A DNA stretch of 64,000 nt from Fibrobacterota bacterium (GCA_023249635.1 JAHFCH010000011.1:671-64670), one strand, 5' to 3'. Positions 18,541 through 28,116 are shown, counted from the first letter of the stretch. The notes: generated from the letters alone by a model not told the origin. A program made the numbers and translations.

Positions 18541-19731
18541 ATGTCGGAGTCTGAGCTACAGGCGAAAATGGCCTATTTGCTGGAGCCCGGCAGCCTATCG
18601 CTCTTGCGGGATTTATGCGCTGATCCCCGCGATGACCTCGCGCTGGCGGGTGCGCCGGCATTGCGCGGGATGCCCGCTCCCCGGCGCATCGCATTGTTTG
18701 AGCAGCGCAAGTTGCGGCTCAAGGCCGCCCGCAAACGGCCCGAGGCCATGGACATGATCTTCACGCCGTTGGGCCAAGAGCAACTGACGCATGCTGAGCT
18801 CGCCACCTACAAGACCGCGCGCATACCGGATTCGATGCGCACCATCGCGGATCTGTGCTGCGGCCTGGGCGGCGATTCCATGCGCATGCCGGCGCGCCTG
18901 CGCGTATGCGGCGTCGATCGTTCGCGCGGCACCTTGATGGCATATCGGCACAACGTAGGACTGCTGCGGGGCGCGGCCGCAGTGGAAGGCGACGTAACCG
19001 CGGGCCCGCTACGGGCGGACGCGGCTTGGATCGATCCTTCGCGCCGCGCCGCTGGCAAATCGGATCGCTGGCAAGATCAGGAGATGTCGCCGAGCTGGGA
19101 TCAGTTGGAACGGCTTATCGCGCGCTACGGTTCCATGGCGATCAAACTCGGACCGGGAATCGCGTTCCCGGAATTCCTGGAATCTTTCGAGTGGGAGTAC
19201 CTCGGATTAAACGATGAATGCCTGGAAGCGGTAGTGTGGACGGGAAGCCTGGGGAGGCCGGGTATGATGCGCGCGGTGGAGCTTCCCGAAGGCGCGTCCA
19301 TCGAAGCCTTGCGCGCCGATCTTCCCGACAGTTTCGGTGAAACGGGAGCCCCTGCCGGATTTCTTTACGAACCCGTGAAATCCGTGGTGCGCTCCCATCT
19401 TTTCGGCGTATTGGCGGCGAAGTCACGATTGTGGCAAATCGATCCCCGTATCGCTTATCTTACGGGAAACCATCGCGTGCGCGATCCCTTGCTGAAGGCC
19501 TATCGCATCTTGGGCGAATTGCCTTTCGACAAAAAGGCCATAGGGGAATTCCTTAGGAAGAACGAAGTCGGGCGCTTGGAGATCAAGAAGCGCGGGGTGA
19601 ACCTGATCCCGGAGGAATTCCGCACGGGCCTGCGGCTGGCCGGGCCCAACGAGGGTACCCTATTCTTCACCAAGGTGATGGAGCGGAAAACGGTTTTCTG
19701 GGCGCGGGCGTTGGGCGAGCAGGACGACTAA
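18541..19731 (+). CDS. Class I SAM-dependent methyltransferase (Tgs1/RsmD-like GxGGD motif)
   Basis: IADLCCGLGGDSM motif I, acidic motif II, WIDPSRR post-motif; function not assignable from sequence. Confidence 0.5.
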   Translation: MSESELQAKMAYLLEPGSLSLLRDLCADPRDDLALAGAPALRGMPAPRRIALFEQRKLRLKAARKRPEAMDMIFTPLGQEQLTHAELATYKTARIPDSMRTIADLCCGLGGDSMRMPARLRVCGVDRSRGTLMAYRHNVGLLRGAAAVEGDVTAGPLRADAAWIDPSRRAAGKSDRWQDQEMSPSWDQLERLIARYGSMAIKLGPGIAFPEFLESFEWEYLGLNDECLEAVVWTGSLGRPGMMRAVELPEGASIEALRADLPDSFGETGAPAGFLYEPVKSVVRSHLFGVLAAKSRLWQIDPRIAYLTGNHRVRDPLLKAYRILGELPFDKKAIGEFLRKNEVGRLEIKKRGVNLIPEEFRTGLRLAGPNEGTLFFTKVMERKTVFWARALGEQDD

Positions 19732-20000
19732 TCGTCCACCAGGAAGGTGGTTTGCCCCACCGTAAAGCTCTCGCCAGGCTGTAATATGGCGCTGGGGACG
19801 CGCTCACCGGCCACCGTCATCCCGTTGGTCGAGCCCAAATCGATGACCGTGATGGTGCCGTCGCCGACTACGTCGATGGACAGGTGTTTGCGGGAAATAT
19901 GCGGATCCGGGACGAATACGTCGCAGCTCTGATCCCTACCGACGATATTCATGCCGATTTTAAGCGGGAATCGGGAGTTATTGCAAACCAAAAACGGCAT
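19728..20000 (-). CDS. FHA-domain protein
   Basis: GR-x-xxCD..SR.H..I...G...V.DLGSTNGT architecture (IGRDQSCDVFVPDPHISRKHLSIDVVGDGTITVIDLGSTNGMTV); 3' end overlaps the methyltransferase stop in a convergent palindrome. Confidence 0.6.
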   Translation of the reverse strand: MPFLVCNNSRFPLKIGMNIVGRDQSCDVFVPDPHISRKHLSIDVVGDGTITVIDLGSTNGMTVAGERVPSAILQPGESFTVGQTTFLVDD

Positions 20001-20249
20001 AGTTCCTGCGGCGATGCGACTATTCTAGAATACTGTTCGGAAGATTTTCCATAGGTCCGTCGAGAAGGCGGATTCCGCCGTTCGTTGCCTAACCCAATCC
20101 CTCGGATCGGCGAATTTCAGGCCAAAAGTTAGTAAAAATACGTCCCTGCGCTTTGACGCGGCCCCCTTCCGTATCATAAAATCCCGAGGTAAGCATTTTT
20201 AGCGCCGCAGCCGCCGACGAACGGATCCGAACGTGAGCCTCCCTTCGCT

Positions 20250-21437
20250 ATGACGTATTCAGAGAAACCCATGATCCTGGTGGTGGAAGATTCCCGCGTG
20301 CTCGCCAAGGTGATCGAGCAACGGCTTTCGCCCAGTTTTCGGGTGGCCATGGCGCATGACGGCGAGGATGCCCTCCGGCAATTGGCCGCCGGCGGTTACG
20401 CCGCCGTGGTTCTCGATCTCGTGCTCCCCAAGATGGACGGATTCGAAGTCCTTCGCGCCATGCGCCAGCAAGGCATTTCCATTCCGGTGATCATCGCCAC
20501 GGCAAAGCCGCGCCAGGCTGTGGAAGGCGATGCCAAGGAATTCGGGGTGGAAGCCATTCTCTCCAAGCCCCTCGATTACGGGGTGCTGACCGATATGCTG
20601 CAGCAGGCGATTTCCAAATCGTCGGCGATGACGGTGGAAGAAGCTGAAGTCAACCGGGCGACCGGCAAGAAGTATCCCTTCCGCCTGGCCAAGCGATGCT
20701 GCTACATCTGCGGATACGAGAAGGTCCAGGTATTCCTGCCTATCAAGGAAGGCTATGTTGAGGATTGGAACCGCGGCTCCTTTCCCCAATACACCAGCAA
20801 GCCCGGTTACGAGGATTGGGATCATCTCAAGACCCTCGTCATGGTCTGCCCGTATTGCTTTTTCGCATCGTCCGATCCCGCCGATTTCGCGGACAGCAAA
20901 GACGCGTCCTACCCTTACAGCGAAGAGTCCAAAAAGATCCTGGCCCGGAGTATTTCCATCCGCAAGCGGCTGGTGCCCGAAGCCCTGGATATCGACCCGC
21001 GCTTCGATCATCCCTACCGCGATCGCGATACCGTGGTGGTGTCCCTGGTGCTGGCGGAAAAATGCTGCAACGGTCTCATCCTGGCCGGCAAGCCCGGTGC
21101 GTATTGCCAGGCAGGCGTGTATACCACCCTGCAGGGCGCGCTCAATTCTTCCACTGCGGAGAAGTACTATCGCGAAGGCTTGATGAGCTTCGAGAACCAA
21201 CTGAAGCATAAGGAGAGCCCCCGGCGCGTGCTGGTACGGACTTACTTCTTCTGCATAGTCCTGAACATGCAGCTCAACCGCACCATCGTCGGCCGCGATA
21301 TCATGAAAAAGGTCGAGGAACTTTACGCCGACGCCCGCTACGAGGAAATCAGCGACGAAGAGCGGGAGTGGCTGATGCGCATCAACCTCATCTGGAAGAA
21401 CGGCTGCGGGTCGGGAGTGCCCCGGGATATCGTGTGA
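20250..21437 (+). CDS. Response regulator: CheY-like receiver fused to a double CxxC zinc-ribbon plus helical output domain (DUF2225-like from memory)
   Basis: Receiver (LVVEDS.., phospho-acceptor D in VVLDLVLPKMDG, K in ILSKP); C-terminal CCYICGYE..x35..CPYCFF plus helical region; no DNA-binding or enzymatic output recognisable. Confidence 0.6.
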   Translation: MTYSEKPMILVVEDSRVLAKVIEQRLSPSFRVAMAHDGEDALRQLAAGGYAAVVLDLVLPKMDGFEVLRAMRQQGISIPVIIATAKPRQAVEGDAKEFGVEAILSKPLDYGVLTDMLQQAISKSSAMTVEEAEVNRATGKKYPFRLAKRCCYICGYEKVQVFLPIKEGYVEDWNRGSFPQYTSKPGYEDWDHLKTLVMVCPYCFFASSDPADFADSKDASYPYSEESKKILARSISIRKRLVPEALDIDPRFDHPYRDRDTVVVSLVLAEKCCNGLILAGKPGAYCQAGVYTTLQGALNSSTAEKYYREGLMSFENQLKHKESPRRVLVRTYFFCIVLNMQLNRTIVGRDIMKKVEELYADARYEEISDEEREWLMRINLIWKNGCGSGVPRDIV

Positions 21438-22513
21438 AACCGGCCGCTGCCAAGCCGCCCTCCTTCGTCGTACATAATTCCAATTCCGAAATCGGCGGAG
21501 CCGAAGCCAGTCTGCTTGCGGCTGTGGCGGTAAACCTCGCGACCGTAGCCGATGCCCGACCGCTTTTCCTGGTACCCGCCGAAGGCGGCCTTTCCCGCGC
21601 CCTTACCGCGCGCGGCTGGGAGTTCCGCGTCCTGCCATGGCCTCGCGGCCTCGCAGCCCTGACCCAGCGGCGTTTGTGGTCGCTGCCCTTGGCTTTGCCG
21701 GGACTGTTGCCTTACCTGTGGCGCTTGCGGGGGGTTTTCCGGGATGCGGACTCCATCTGGTCCAGCGGCGTCAAAAGCCATTTCGCCTGCCTGCTGCTTT
21801 CGCCCTGGCTGCGCGGCCGGCTCCTCTTTGACGTGCGCGATTTCTTCCGCAACCGGCTCATCCGCCGCTCCCTGGCCTTCGCCTCCGCGCGCTTCGGCTG
21901 CCGTATCGCCGCCAACAGCCGGGCCGTGGCCGCGGATTATCCCGGCGCCGAGGTACGTTACCCGCAGGTTACGCTGCGACGTCCCGCCGTGGACCGCCGG
22001 GTTCCTTCTGGACGTCGCGTAATCGCCCACTTGGCCTACTTCGCCCCCTACAAGGGCCAGCATCTGTTCCTGGATTGCGCCCGGGCCCTGCTCGACGCGG
22101 GCGTGGACGCCGAATTCCTGATCATCGGGGACGTGATTTATCCCGCCGAGTCGTATGCGCGCTATCGCGAAGAGCTGTTCGCCCAGGTAGGCCGCTTGCG
22201 CCTTAACGAGCACGTGCGTTTCCTGGGGAAGCTGGATGGCCCGGAGGCGGTACAGGAGATACTGGAGCGGACCGATCTGCTGCTGCACTGCACCACCGAA
22301 CCCGAACCCTTCGGCCGCGCGGTGATGGAAGCCCTGCTATGCGGGTGCGCAGCGGTATGCCATGGGGGCAGCGGCGTGTGTGAGGTGACGGAAGCGGAGC
22401 GGGGATTCCCGGGGTGGATGGGACCGCTCGGGAAGGTGTTGGGGGAGGAGTACGTGAGGGTGCGGTTGAGTGACGATATCGTCGGGCGTCGGGCGTCGGG
22501 CGTCGGGCGTTAA
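21434..22513 (+). CDS. Glycosyltransferase family 1 (GT4-type); 3' end runs into a repeat element
   Basis: GTG start overlapping the upstream stop (GTGA); C-terminal GT1 core (EPFGRAVMEALLCGCAAVC); last ~12 codons (..VGRRASGVGR) are encoded by GTCGGGC heptads of the palindromic element. Confidence 0.6.
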   Translation: MKPAAAKPPSFVVHNSNSEIGGAEASLLAAVAVNLATVADARPLFLVPAEGGLSRALTARGWEFRVLPWPRGLAALTQRRLWSLPLALPGLLPYLWRLRGVFRDADSIWSSGVKSHFACLLLSPWLRGRLLFDVRDFFRNRLIRRSLAFASARFGCRIAANSRAVAADYPGAEVRYPQVTLRRPAVDRRVPSGRRVIAHLAYFAPYKGQHLFLDCARALLDAGVDAEFLIIGDVIYPAESYARYREELFAQVGRLRLNEHVRFLGKLDGPEAVQEILERTDLLLHCTTEPEPFGRAVMEALLCGCAAVCHGGSGVCEVTEAERGFPGWMGPLGKVLGEEYVRVRLSDDIVGRRASGVGR

Positions 22514-22599
22514 AACTGTGGATTGGTCCTTGTGCGGATTCCCGTTTTAACGCCCGACGCCTAGCCGCGCAGCGGCGTACGCCCGACGCCCGACGATAT
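22475..22599. repeat. MITE/REP-like palindromic element, GTCGGGC-heptad family, copy 1
   Basis: Perfect 20-bp terminal inverted repeats (GATATCGTCGGGCGTCGGGCG .. CGCCCGACGCCCGACGATAT); nested perfect 16-bp inverted repeat (CGTCGGGCGTTAAAAC/GTTTTAACGCCCGACG); extra small hairpin GCCGCgcaGCGGC; four tandem GTCGGGC heptads. Confidence 0.75.
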
Positions 22600-22632
22600 G
22601 CCTGAACGGGAATATCTCATTCCAGCACCGGA

Positions 22633-23832
22633 CTACTTGATAAAAGCTTTCTTAGCGGCTTTCCAGTTTCCCGCCGCCAACCCCAGCATGCGCGCATATC
22701 CCACCAGCTTGGACGGCAGGGAGAGATCCGCGTCCACCATATCCTTGAAGATTCGGTAGAAGGCGGTTTGCGTGGGCAGCGGCAGTTCCACCACGAAATC
22801 GCGGATGGACATTTGGCGGTGGTGGTGCTTGCCGAATTGTTCCCAACAATCCACCTGGTATTGCACGAGGAAGGAGCGGGAGAGGTCACCGTTGCGGAAG
22901 CCCGCGTCGATCCAGCGCGAGGCCAGTTCCCCGCCTAGGATACCGCTGATGATGCCGCCGCCGGTGAGGGGATTGGTATGGTGGGCCGCGTCCCCGCAGA
23001 GTACGAAGCGGTCGGCCACGAACTCGGTCAGGTTGCCGCTCACGGGAACCGCGCCGCCGTGCACTTCCACGACCTTGGCGTCCGGGAACAGTCGGTTCTT
23101 GTACTCCATGCTCAGGTCGTACATGTTCTTCTCGCCGAGCTTGGGCGTAAGCACGCCCGAACCCAGGTTCACCACCCCGGATTTGAGTTTGGGAAAAACC
23201 CACACGTATCCCTTGTTGATGGAATCGTGGCCCTGCCAGAAGGTGAGATGGTTCGGGTTGACGTCCATGGCATCGACGCGCAGTTCGATGGCGGAGCAGA
23301 CCTGGGGCGGAAGCTGGCGGGTCTTGAGCCCCACCCAGCGGCCGCTCAGGGCCTCGACCCCGTCGGCGCCGACCACGAGCCTGGCCGTGATGGTCGAGGC
23401 GGTTTTGCTGGCCTCGTCCACGATGGCGAGTTCGCGGACACCGTCCTTGACGGGAGAGATGCCTTCGATGCGGGTGTTGACGCAGAGTTCGGCGCCGGCG
23501 GCCTGGGCTTGCCGGGCCACGTCCTGATCGAACAGGCGCCGATCTATCATCAGCCCGATGTCTTCTTTATCGTACCGGATGCTGACGCCGCCCGGACCGT
23601 TGAGGATGACGCCGTTCAGATCGGTTTCGATGTAGGCTTCATTCACCTTCATGAAATTGGAAAGCCGCGAACGCCGGCCGGTGGCTTCTCCGCAGCGGAC
23701 GGGAACGCCCACTACGGGGCGCTTCTCGGCCAACAGTACATGGTAACCGCGGGCCGCCAGGTTGCGGGCGCACAGGCTACCCGAAGGTCCGGCGCCGATG
23801 ACGACCACGTCGTATGTGCGGGAGGCGGGCAA
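22633..23832 (-). CDS. Geranylgeranyl reductase family FAD-dependent oxidoreductase
   Basis: YDVVVIGAGPSG dinucleotide-binding motif near the N-terminus, then GGR-family sequence; putative TTG start at 23832 directly after the ferredoxin stop (the ORF-track N-terminal extension overlaps the ferredoxin gene). Confidence 0.65.
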   Translation of the reverse strand: MPASRTYDVVVIGAGPSGSLCARNLAARGYHVLLAEKRPVVGVPVRCGEATGRRSRLSNFMKVNEAYIETDLNGVILNGPGGVSIRYDKEDIGLMIDRRLFDQDVARQAQAAGAELCVNTRIEGISPVKDGVRELAIVDEASKTASTITARLVVGADGVEALSGRWVGLKTRQLPPQVCSAIELRVDAMDVNPNHLTFWQGHDSINKGYVWVFPKLKSGVVNLGSGVLTPKLGEKNMYDLSMEYKNRLFPDAKVVEVHGGAVPVSGNLTEFVADRFVLCGDAAHHTNPLTGGGIISGILGGELASRWIDAGFRNGDLSRSFLVQYQVDCWEQFGKHHHRQMSIRDFVVELPLPTQTAFYRIFKDMVDADLSLPSKLVGYARMLGLAAGNWKAAKKAFIK

Positions 23833-23843
23833 GGAGCGGGGAC

Positions 23844-24074
23844 CTAGGCGACGATGGGGGACGTAGGCGTCCCTTTGACGATGGAGAGCGCGCCCACGGG
23901 ACAAAAGCGGACGCAGATGGTGCAATACGTGCATTTGTCCTGGAATACCTGCAGGTCGACCCCGAACATATCCAACGCGAGATCCGGGCAGGTGCCGACG
24001 CATCCCGCGCAGGAGATGCAGGTCTCCCGATCGAGCAGCAAAGTCTTGTTGGGTTTTTTCGGTCCGGCGGACAT
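23844..24074 (-). CDS. 2x[4Fe-4S] ferredoxin
   Basis: Two CxxCxxCxxxCP motifs (CISCAGCVGTCP; CTYCTICVRFCP), 76 aa; immediately upstream of the reductase on the same strand. Confidence 0.7.
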   Translation of the reverse strand: MSAGPKKPNKTLLLDRETCISCAGCVGTCPDLALDMFGVDLQVFQDKCTYCTICVRFCPVGALSIVKGTPTSPIVA

Positions 24075-24256
24075 AAGCGAGGTCCAAATAGTACAAAATT
24101 GGGCCGCGCGGGCTTCGCGCGCGCGCCGTTTACCCTCGCCGCGGCCCCGTGGGCGCGGGTCGGAGTGGGGGATTTAGCTATATTTCCCCCGCTGCGCCCG
24201 GCACGGGCTTCCGGCGCAATCCCGAACGGATGCTACCCGAACAGATGGAACCACCG

Positions 24257-26884
24257 ATGAAACCCATTGCGGGCGAACTGGAGAAGATCCTCCCCTTCGT
24301 CAAGAATCCCGGCCGCTATATCGGCGGTGAGAACAATCAGGTGGTTAAGGATCCCGCGCACGTGCTGGCATCCATGGCCCTCGTCTTCCCGGACGCCTAC
24401 GAATTGGGCATGTCCCATAACGGGACCAAGGTCCTGTACCATATCCTCAACCGCGAGCCGGACCTGGCGGCGGAGCGCGCTTTCGCCCCCATGGTCGACA
24501 TGGCGGAAAAGATGCGCGCGGCCGGCATCCCTTTGTATACCCTGGAATCGTACCGGCCCATCGCGGCCTTCGAAGCCGTGGGCATCTCGCTGCAGACGGA
24601 GTTGAATTACACCAACGTGCCTTTCCTGCTCGAGCTCGGTGGCATCAAGGCCTGGAGCCGCGACCGTGGCGAGGCCGATACCTTCGTGATCGGCGGCGGA
24701 CCGTGCATGGCCAATCCGGAACCGGTGGCCGACTTCTTCGACCTGTTCGTGATCGGGGACGGGGAGATCCTGGCCGTGGAAATCCTGCGCCGCATCGGCC
24801 AGGGGCGGAAATCCGCCTGGACCCGCGAGCAGATCCTGCGGGATCTGGCGACCCTGAAGGGCGTGTACGTGCCGCGCTTCTTGGACGTGACCGAAAGCCC
24901 CCATGGCGAAACCGTGCCGGTGGTGGATGGCTCGCAGGGCCCCTATCTCCGCGCAAAGTCCATCCAGCGCGCCTGGGTGGAAGTGCTCAACAAGGACGAT
25001 TACCCGGTGAAGAACCTGGTGCCCCACGTGAAGCTGGTGCATGACCGCTTCTCGGTGGAGGTGATGCGCGGTTGCACCCAGGGTTGCCGCTTCTGCCAAG
25101 CCGGCTACTGGTACCGCCCCAACCGCGAGCTCAACGCCGACGCGGTGGTGGAAATCTCCCGCGCCGGCCTGGCCGCGACGGGGGAGACGGAACTGGGCCT
25201 GCTTTCCCTCTCCACCGCCGACTACGGCCCGGTGGAAAAGGTGCTCGACGCCCTCATCGACCAGGACGACTTCGAGGACATCAGCCTTTCCCTGCCTTCC
25301 CTGCGCGCCAACAGCTTCGGCCAGGGCTTGGCCCGCAAGGCCGCCGCCCTCAACGGCGGCAAGAGCGCCACCTTCGCGCCCGAGACGGGTTCGGAACGCC
25401 TGCGCAAGATGATCAACAAGACCATCAGCGACAAGGATATGTACGAGGCGGCGGAGAGCGTCTACTCCAACGGCTTCCACAACATCAAGCTGTATACCAT
25501 GGTGGGCCTGCCCACTGAAAACCTGGACGATATGCGCGCCTTCTGCGAGCTGATCGACAACCTCAATCGTATCGGTCAGAAGCACAACCGGCGCAATACC
25601 GTGCATGCCAGCATCGGCATATTGGTGCCCAAGCCGTTTACGCCCATGCAATGGGTGCCTTTCATGGACGAAGCCCGGGTCAACGAGCATATCCGCTTCG
25701 TGCGCGAGGCCTTCAAGTACGTCAAGAGCGTACGCATCAGCTGGAGCGACTACGGGCTGGCCCATGTGGAGAGCTTCTACTCGCGGGGCGATCGTAAGCA
25801 GTCCGGCATGATCTACGAAGCCTACAAGCGCGGCCAGGTTTTCGAATCCTTCGGCGAGCATTTCAGCTACGATGGTTGGAAGGCGCTGTGGGCCGAGAAC
25901 GCCTATCCCCTGGATCGCATGGTCCGGGAGCGGGCCCTGGACGAGGTGTTCCCGTGGGACTTCATCCATGCGGGCGCCAACAAGGGCTTCCTCAAGAACG
26001 AGTACAAGAAGATGCTCAAGGAGGACAGCGCCCCGGTTCCCGATTGCAAGTGGGGGGATTGCCAGAAATGCGGCATCCCGGGTAACGGCGAGGATACCCG
26101 CCTGTCGCCCATGCCGGAAAAGTTCATCGCGCCCAACCGCACGCCGGAGGAGATCAAGGCTTTGGCGGAATCGCGCAAGAAGAAGCGCGAAGGCATCTTC
26201 GCCTATCACCTGACCTACCGCAAGTCCGGGCTTTCCCGCTATATCGCGCACCAGAACACCCTCGATCTTTTCGAGCGGGCTTTCCGCCGTTTGCGCCTGC
26301 CCCTCAATTATTCGGACGGCTACAATCCGCGCCCCGTGATCAAGAATACCGGCGCCCTGCCCCTGGGTCTGGAGTCGCGCAAGGAATTGCTCATCATCGA
26401 ATTCCGCGAGCCCTTGCGCCGCGACGAGGCGGAGACCTGCCGCGCCCTTTCCGAGATGCTGCCGGTGGGCATGGATGTGGTTTCCCTTTTGCCCGTGGAA
26501 CGTTCGCGCATGCCCCACGTCTCCGACATCACCTATCGCTCGGGCAGCTACCCGGGTGGGTTGGAAGCCTTGGAGGCCGGACATAGCCGCTACGCCCAGG
26601 GGACCTATGTCCGCCAGGCGCGCAATCGGGAGAAGGAAATCGATCTGGCCGATGAGATCCAGGCCGTGTGGATGGAGAACGGCGAACTGTGCGTGAAGGC
26701 CAAGACCCATCCCAGCGGATCGTCCATCAGCCCTTATCTGGCCTTCGCCGGGTTGCTCGGGGTCGATCATGAATTCCTCCGCAGCACTCCCATCTACAAG
26801 GATGATTTCACCCTGGAGCCGTTGCCTCCCATCGGCCCGGCCCGTACCGCGCCCCGCCGCGTCGTCGACGGGGCCGAGGCATGA
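24257..26884 (+). CDS. Radical SAM protein (TIGR03960-like) fused to a C-terminal DUF2344/TIGR03936-like region
   Basis: CTQGCRFC (Cx3Cx2C) about 290 aa in; N-terminal Rossmann-like region; about 250 aa C-terminal extension resembling the 'radical SAM-linked' partner normally encoded by a separate gene. Family names from memory. Confidence 0.55.
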   Translation: MKPIAGELEKILPFVKNPGRYIGGENNQVVKDPAHVLASMALVFPDAYELGMSHNGTKVLYHILNREPDLAAERAFAPMVDMAEKMRAAGIPLYTLESYRPIAAFEAVGISLQTELNYTNVPFLLELGGIKAWSRDRGEADTFVIGGGPCMANPEPVADFFDLFVIGDGEILAVEILRRIGQGRKSAWTREQILRDLATLKGVYVPRFLDVTESPHGETVPVVDGSQGPYLRAKSIQRAWVEVLNKDDYPVKNLVPHVKLVHDRFSVEVMRGCTQGCRFCQAGYWYRPNRELNADAVVEISRAGLAATGETELGLLSLSTADYGPVEKVLDALIDQDDFEDISLSLPSLRANSFGQGLARKAAALNGGKSATFAPETGSERLRKMINKTISDKDMYEAAESVYSNGFHNIKLYTMVGLPTENLDDMRAFCELIDNLNRIGQKHNRRNTVHASIGILVPKPFTPMQWVPFMDEARVNEHIRFVREAFKYVKSVRISWSDYGLAHVESFYSRGDRKQSGMIYEAYKRGQVFESFGEHFSYDGWKALWAENAYPLDRMVRERALDEVFPWDFIHAGANKGFLKNEYKKMLKEDSAPVPDCKWGDCQKCGIPGNGEDTRLSPMPEKFIAPNRTPEEIKALAESRKKKREGIFAYHLTYRKSGLSRYIAHQNTLDLFERAFRRLRLPLNYSDGYNPRPVIKNTGALPLGLESRKELLIIEFREPLRRDEAETCRALSEMLPVGMDVVSLLPVERSRMPHVSDITYRSGSYPGGLEALEAGHSRYAQGTYVRQARNREKEIDLADEIQAVWMENGELCVKAKTHPSGSSISPYLAFAGLLGVDHEFLRSTPIYKDDFTLEPLPPIGPARTAPRRVVDGAEA

Positions 26885-27222
26885 GTCCGCAGCTCCCCGG
26901 TCCCCAGGATCCCAAGGCCCTCATGGAGCGTCTCGATGGGCTCTTGGCCGCCGAGACCGAAGAAGAGAAGATCCGCGCCGGTATGGGTATCCGCTTGGCC
27001 TTGGCCATGGCCCAGGAGCTCAAGGACGGCAAACCCTTCGGCTCCAATACCGCCGAGTTGGTCGCGGCCTGGATGCACGACTACGGTCAGGAAACCGTGG
27101 ATGCCGCCGTGAAGGTGGCCCGCGAATTCCTGACCAAGCCCGAAGAGATGCGCAAAGCCTTGGCCAAGCGGCTTACCCCGGGCTACGATGCGGATACGAC
27201 GGACGCGGACGACCAAGAGTGA
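26881..27222 (+). CDS. Hypothetical small acidic protein
   Basis: ATGA overlap with the radical SAM stop and GTGA overlap with the next start; no recognisable domain. Confidence 0.4.
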   Translation: MSPQLPGPQDPKALMERLDGLLAAETEEEKIRAGMGIRLALAMAQELKDGKPFGSNTAELVAAWMHDYGQETVDAAVKVAREFLTKPEEMRKALAKRLTPGYDADTTDADDQE

Positions 27223-28109
27223 AGGGCCTCCACGCTTCCATCGACATCGGGACGAACACCGTAAAGTTGCTCATAGCCGAGGTCCGGGACGGCATCCTGC
27301 ATGCCGTATTCCAGCGGGCCGAAGCGCCGCGCGTGGGACGTAACCTGGGAGCTACGGGACGCATCTCGGAGGAATCCTTCGGCGATCTGAGCGATGCCTT
27401 GCGCGCCTTCACATCGGATATCCGTGAACGCGAAGCGGAGTTGGCGGGCGTAGTCGCCACCCAGGCCTTCCGTACCGCGTCCAACGGGCCGGAGTTGCTC
27501 GCCAAGGTTTCCGCCCTGGTCGGTACCGAAGCCCGTATCATCGCGGGACCGGAAGAATCCCGCTTGGGCTGGCTGGCGGTGGCCAACCGGCATCCTTCGC
27601 CCGCCCTGGCCGTGCTCGACATCGGCGGCGGCAGCACGGAAATCACCCGCAAAGGCGGCGGCTTCTCGACCCCGATCGGAGCGGTCGGCTTGCTGGAAGC
27701 CTGCGGCAACGATGCCGCGGCCTGCCGCGCCAAGGCCGCGGAAGCCCTCGCGGGCGATTACTCCGATTGGCAAGGGGCCCAGTTGGCCGCGGTGGGCGGT
27801 ACCGCCACGGCGCTGGCCATGCTCGAGCTGGGCTTGCCGGCGTATGATGCCGAAGCCATCGAAGGCCTGCCGGTGCCCAAGGAAAGGGTGGCGGCCAACA
27901 TCGAACGGCTCACCGGATTGGACCGGGAAGCGCTTTTGAAATTGCCGGGCATGGACCGCGGGCGCGCGGATATCCTGATGCCGGGGCTCTGTATCCTGGA
28001 AGCCTTCCTTACCCAGATAGGCGCCGCCGAATTCCGCGTTTCGGATCGCGGCATCCGTTACGGCATCATCCTGGATTGGCTGCGCAAGCGGTCCGCCGGT
28101 CCCGCTTAA
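27219..28109 (+). CDS. Ppx/GppA-family phosphatase (exopolyphosphatase / pppGpp phosphohydrolase-like)
   Basis: ASIDIGTNTVKLLIAE N-terminal actin-like ATPase motif, ..LDIGGGSTE.. second phosphate motif; about 296 aa. Confidence 0.6.
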   Translation: MKGLHASIDIGTNTVKLLIAEVRDGILHAVFQRAEAPRVGRNLGATGRISEESFGDLSDALRAFTSDIREREAELAGVVATQAFRTASNGPELLAKVSALVGTEARIIAGPEESRLGWLAVANRHPSPALAVLDIGGGSTEITRKGGGFSTPIGAVGLLEACGNDAAACRAKAAEALAGDYSDWQGAQLAAVGGTATALAMLELGLPAYDAEAIEGLPVPKERVAANIERLTGLDREALLKLPGMDRGRADILMPGLCILEAFLTQIGAAEFRVSDRGIRYGIILDWLRKRSAGPA

Positions 28110-28116
28110 GGATTCC

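Noticed and set aside
22633-24096. 487-aa reductase ORF starting at 24096
   Set aside because: Its first about 90 codons run antisense-offset across the ferredoxin gene. The flavin-binding YDVVVIGAGPSG motif should be N-terminal, and a TTG at 23832 directly follows the ferredoxin stop.
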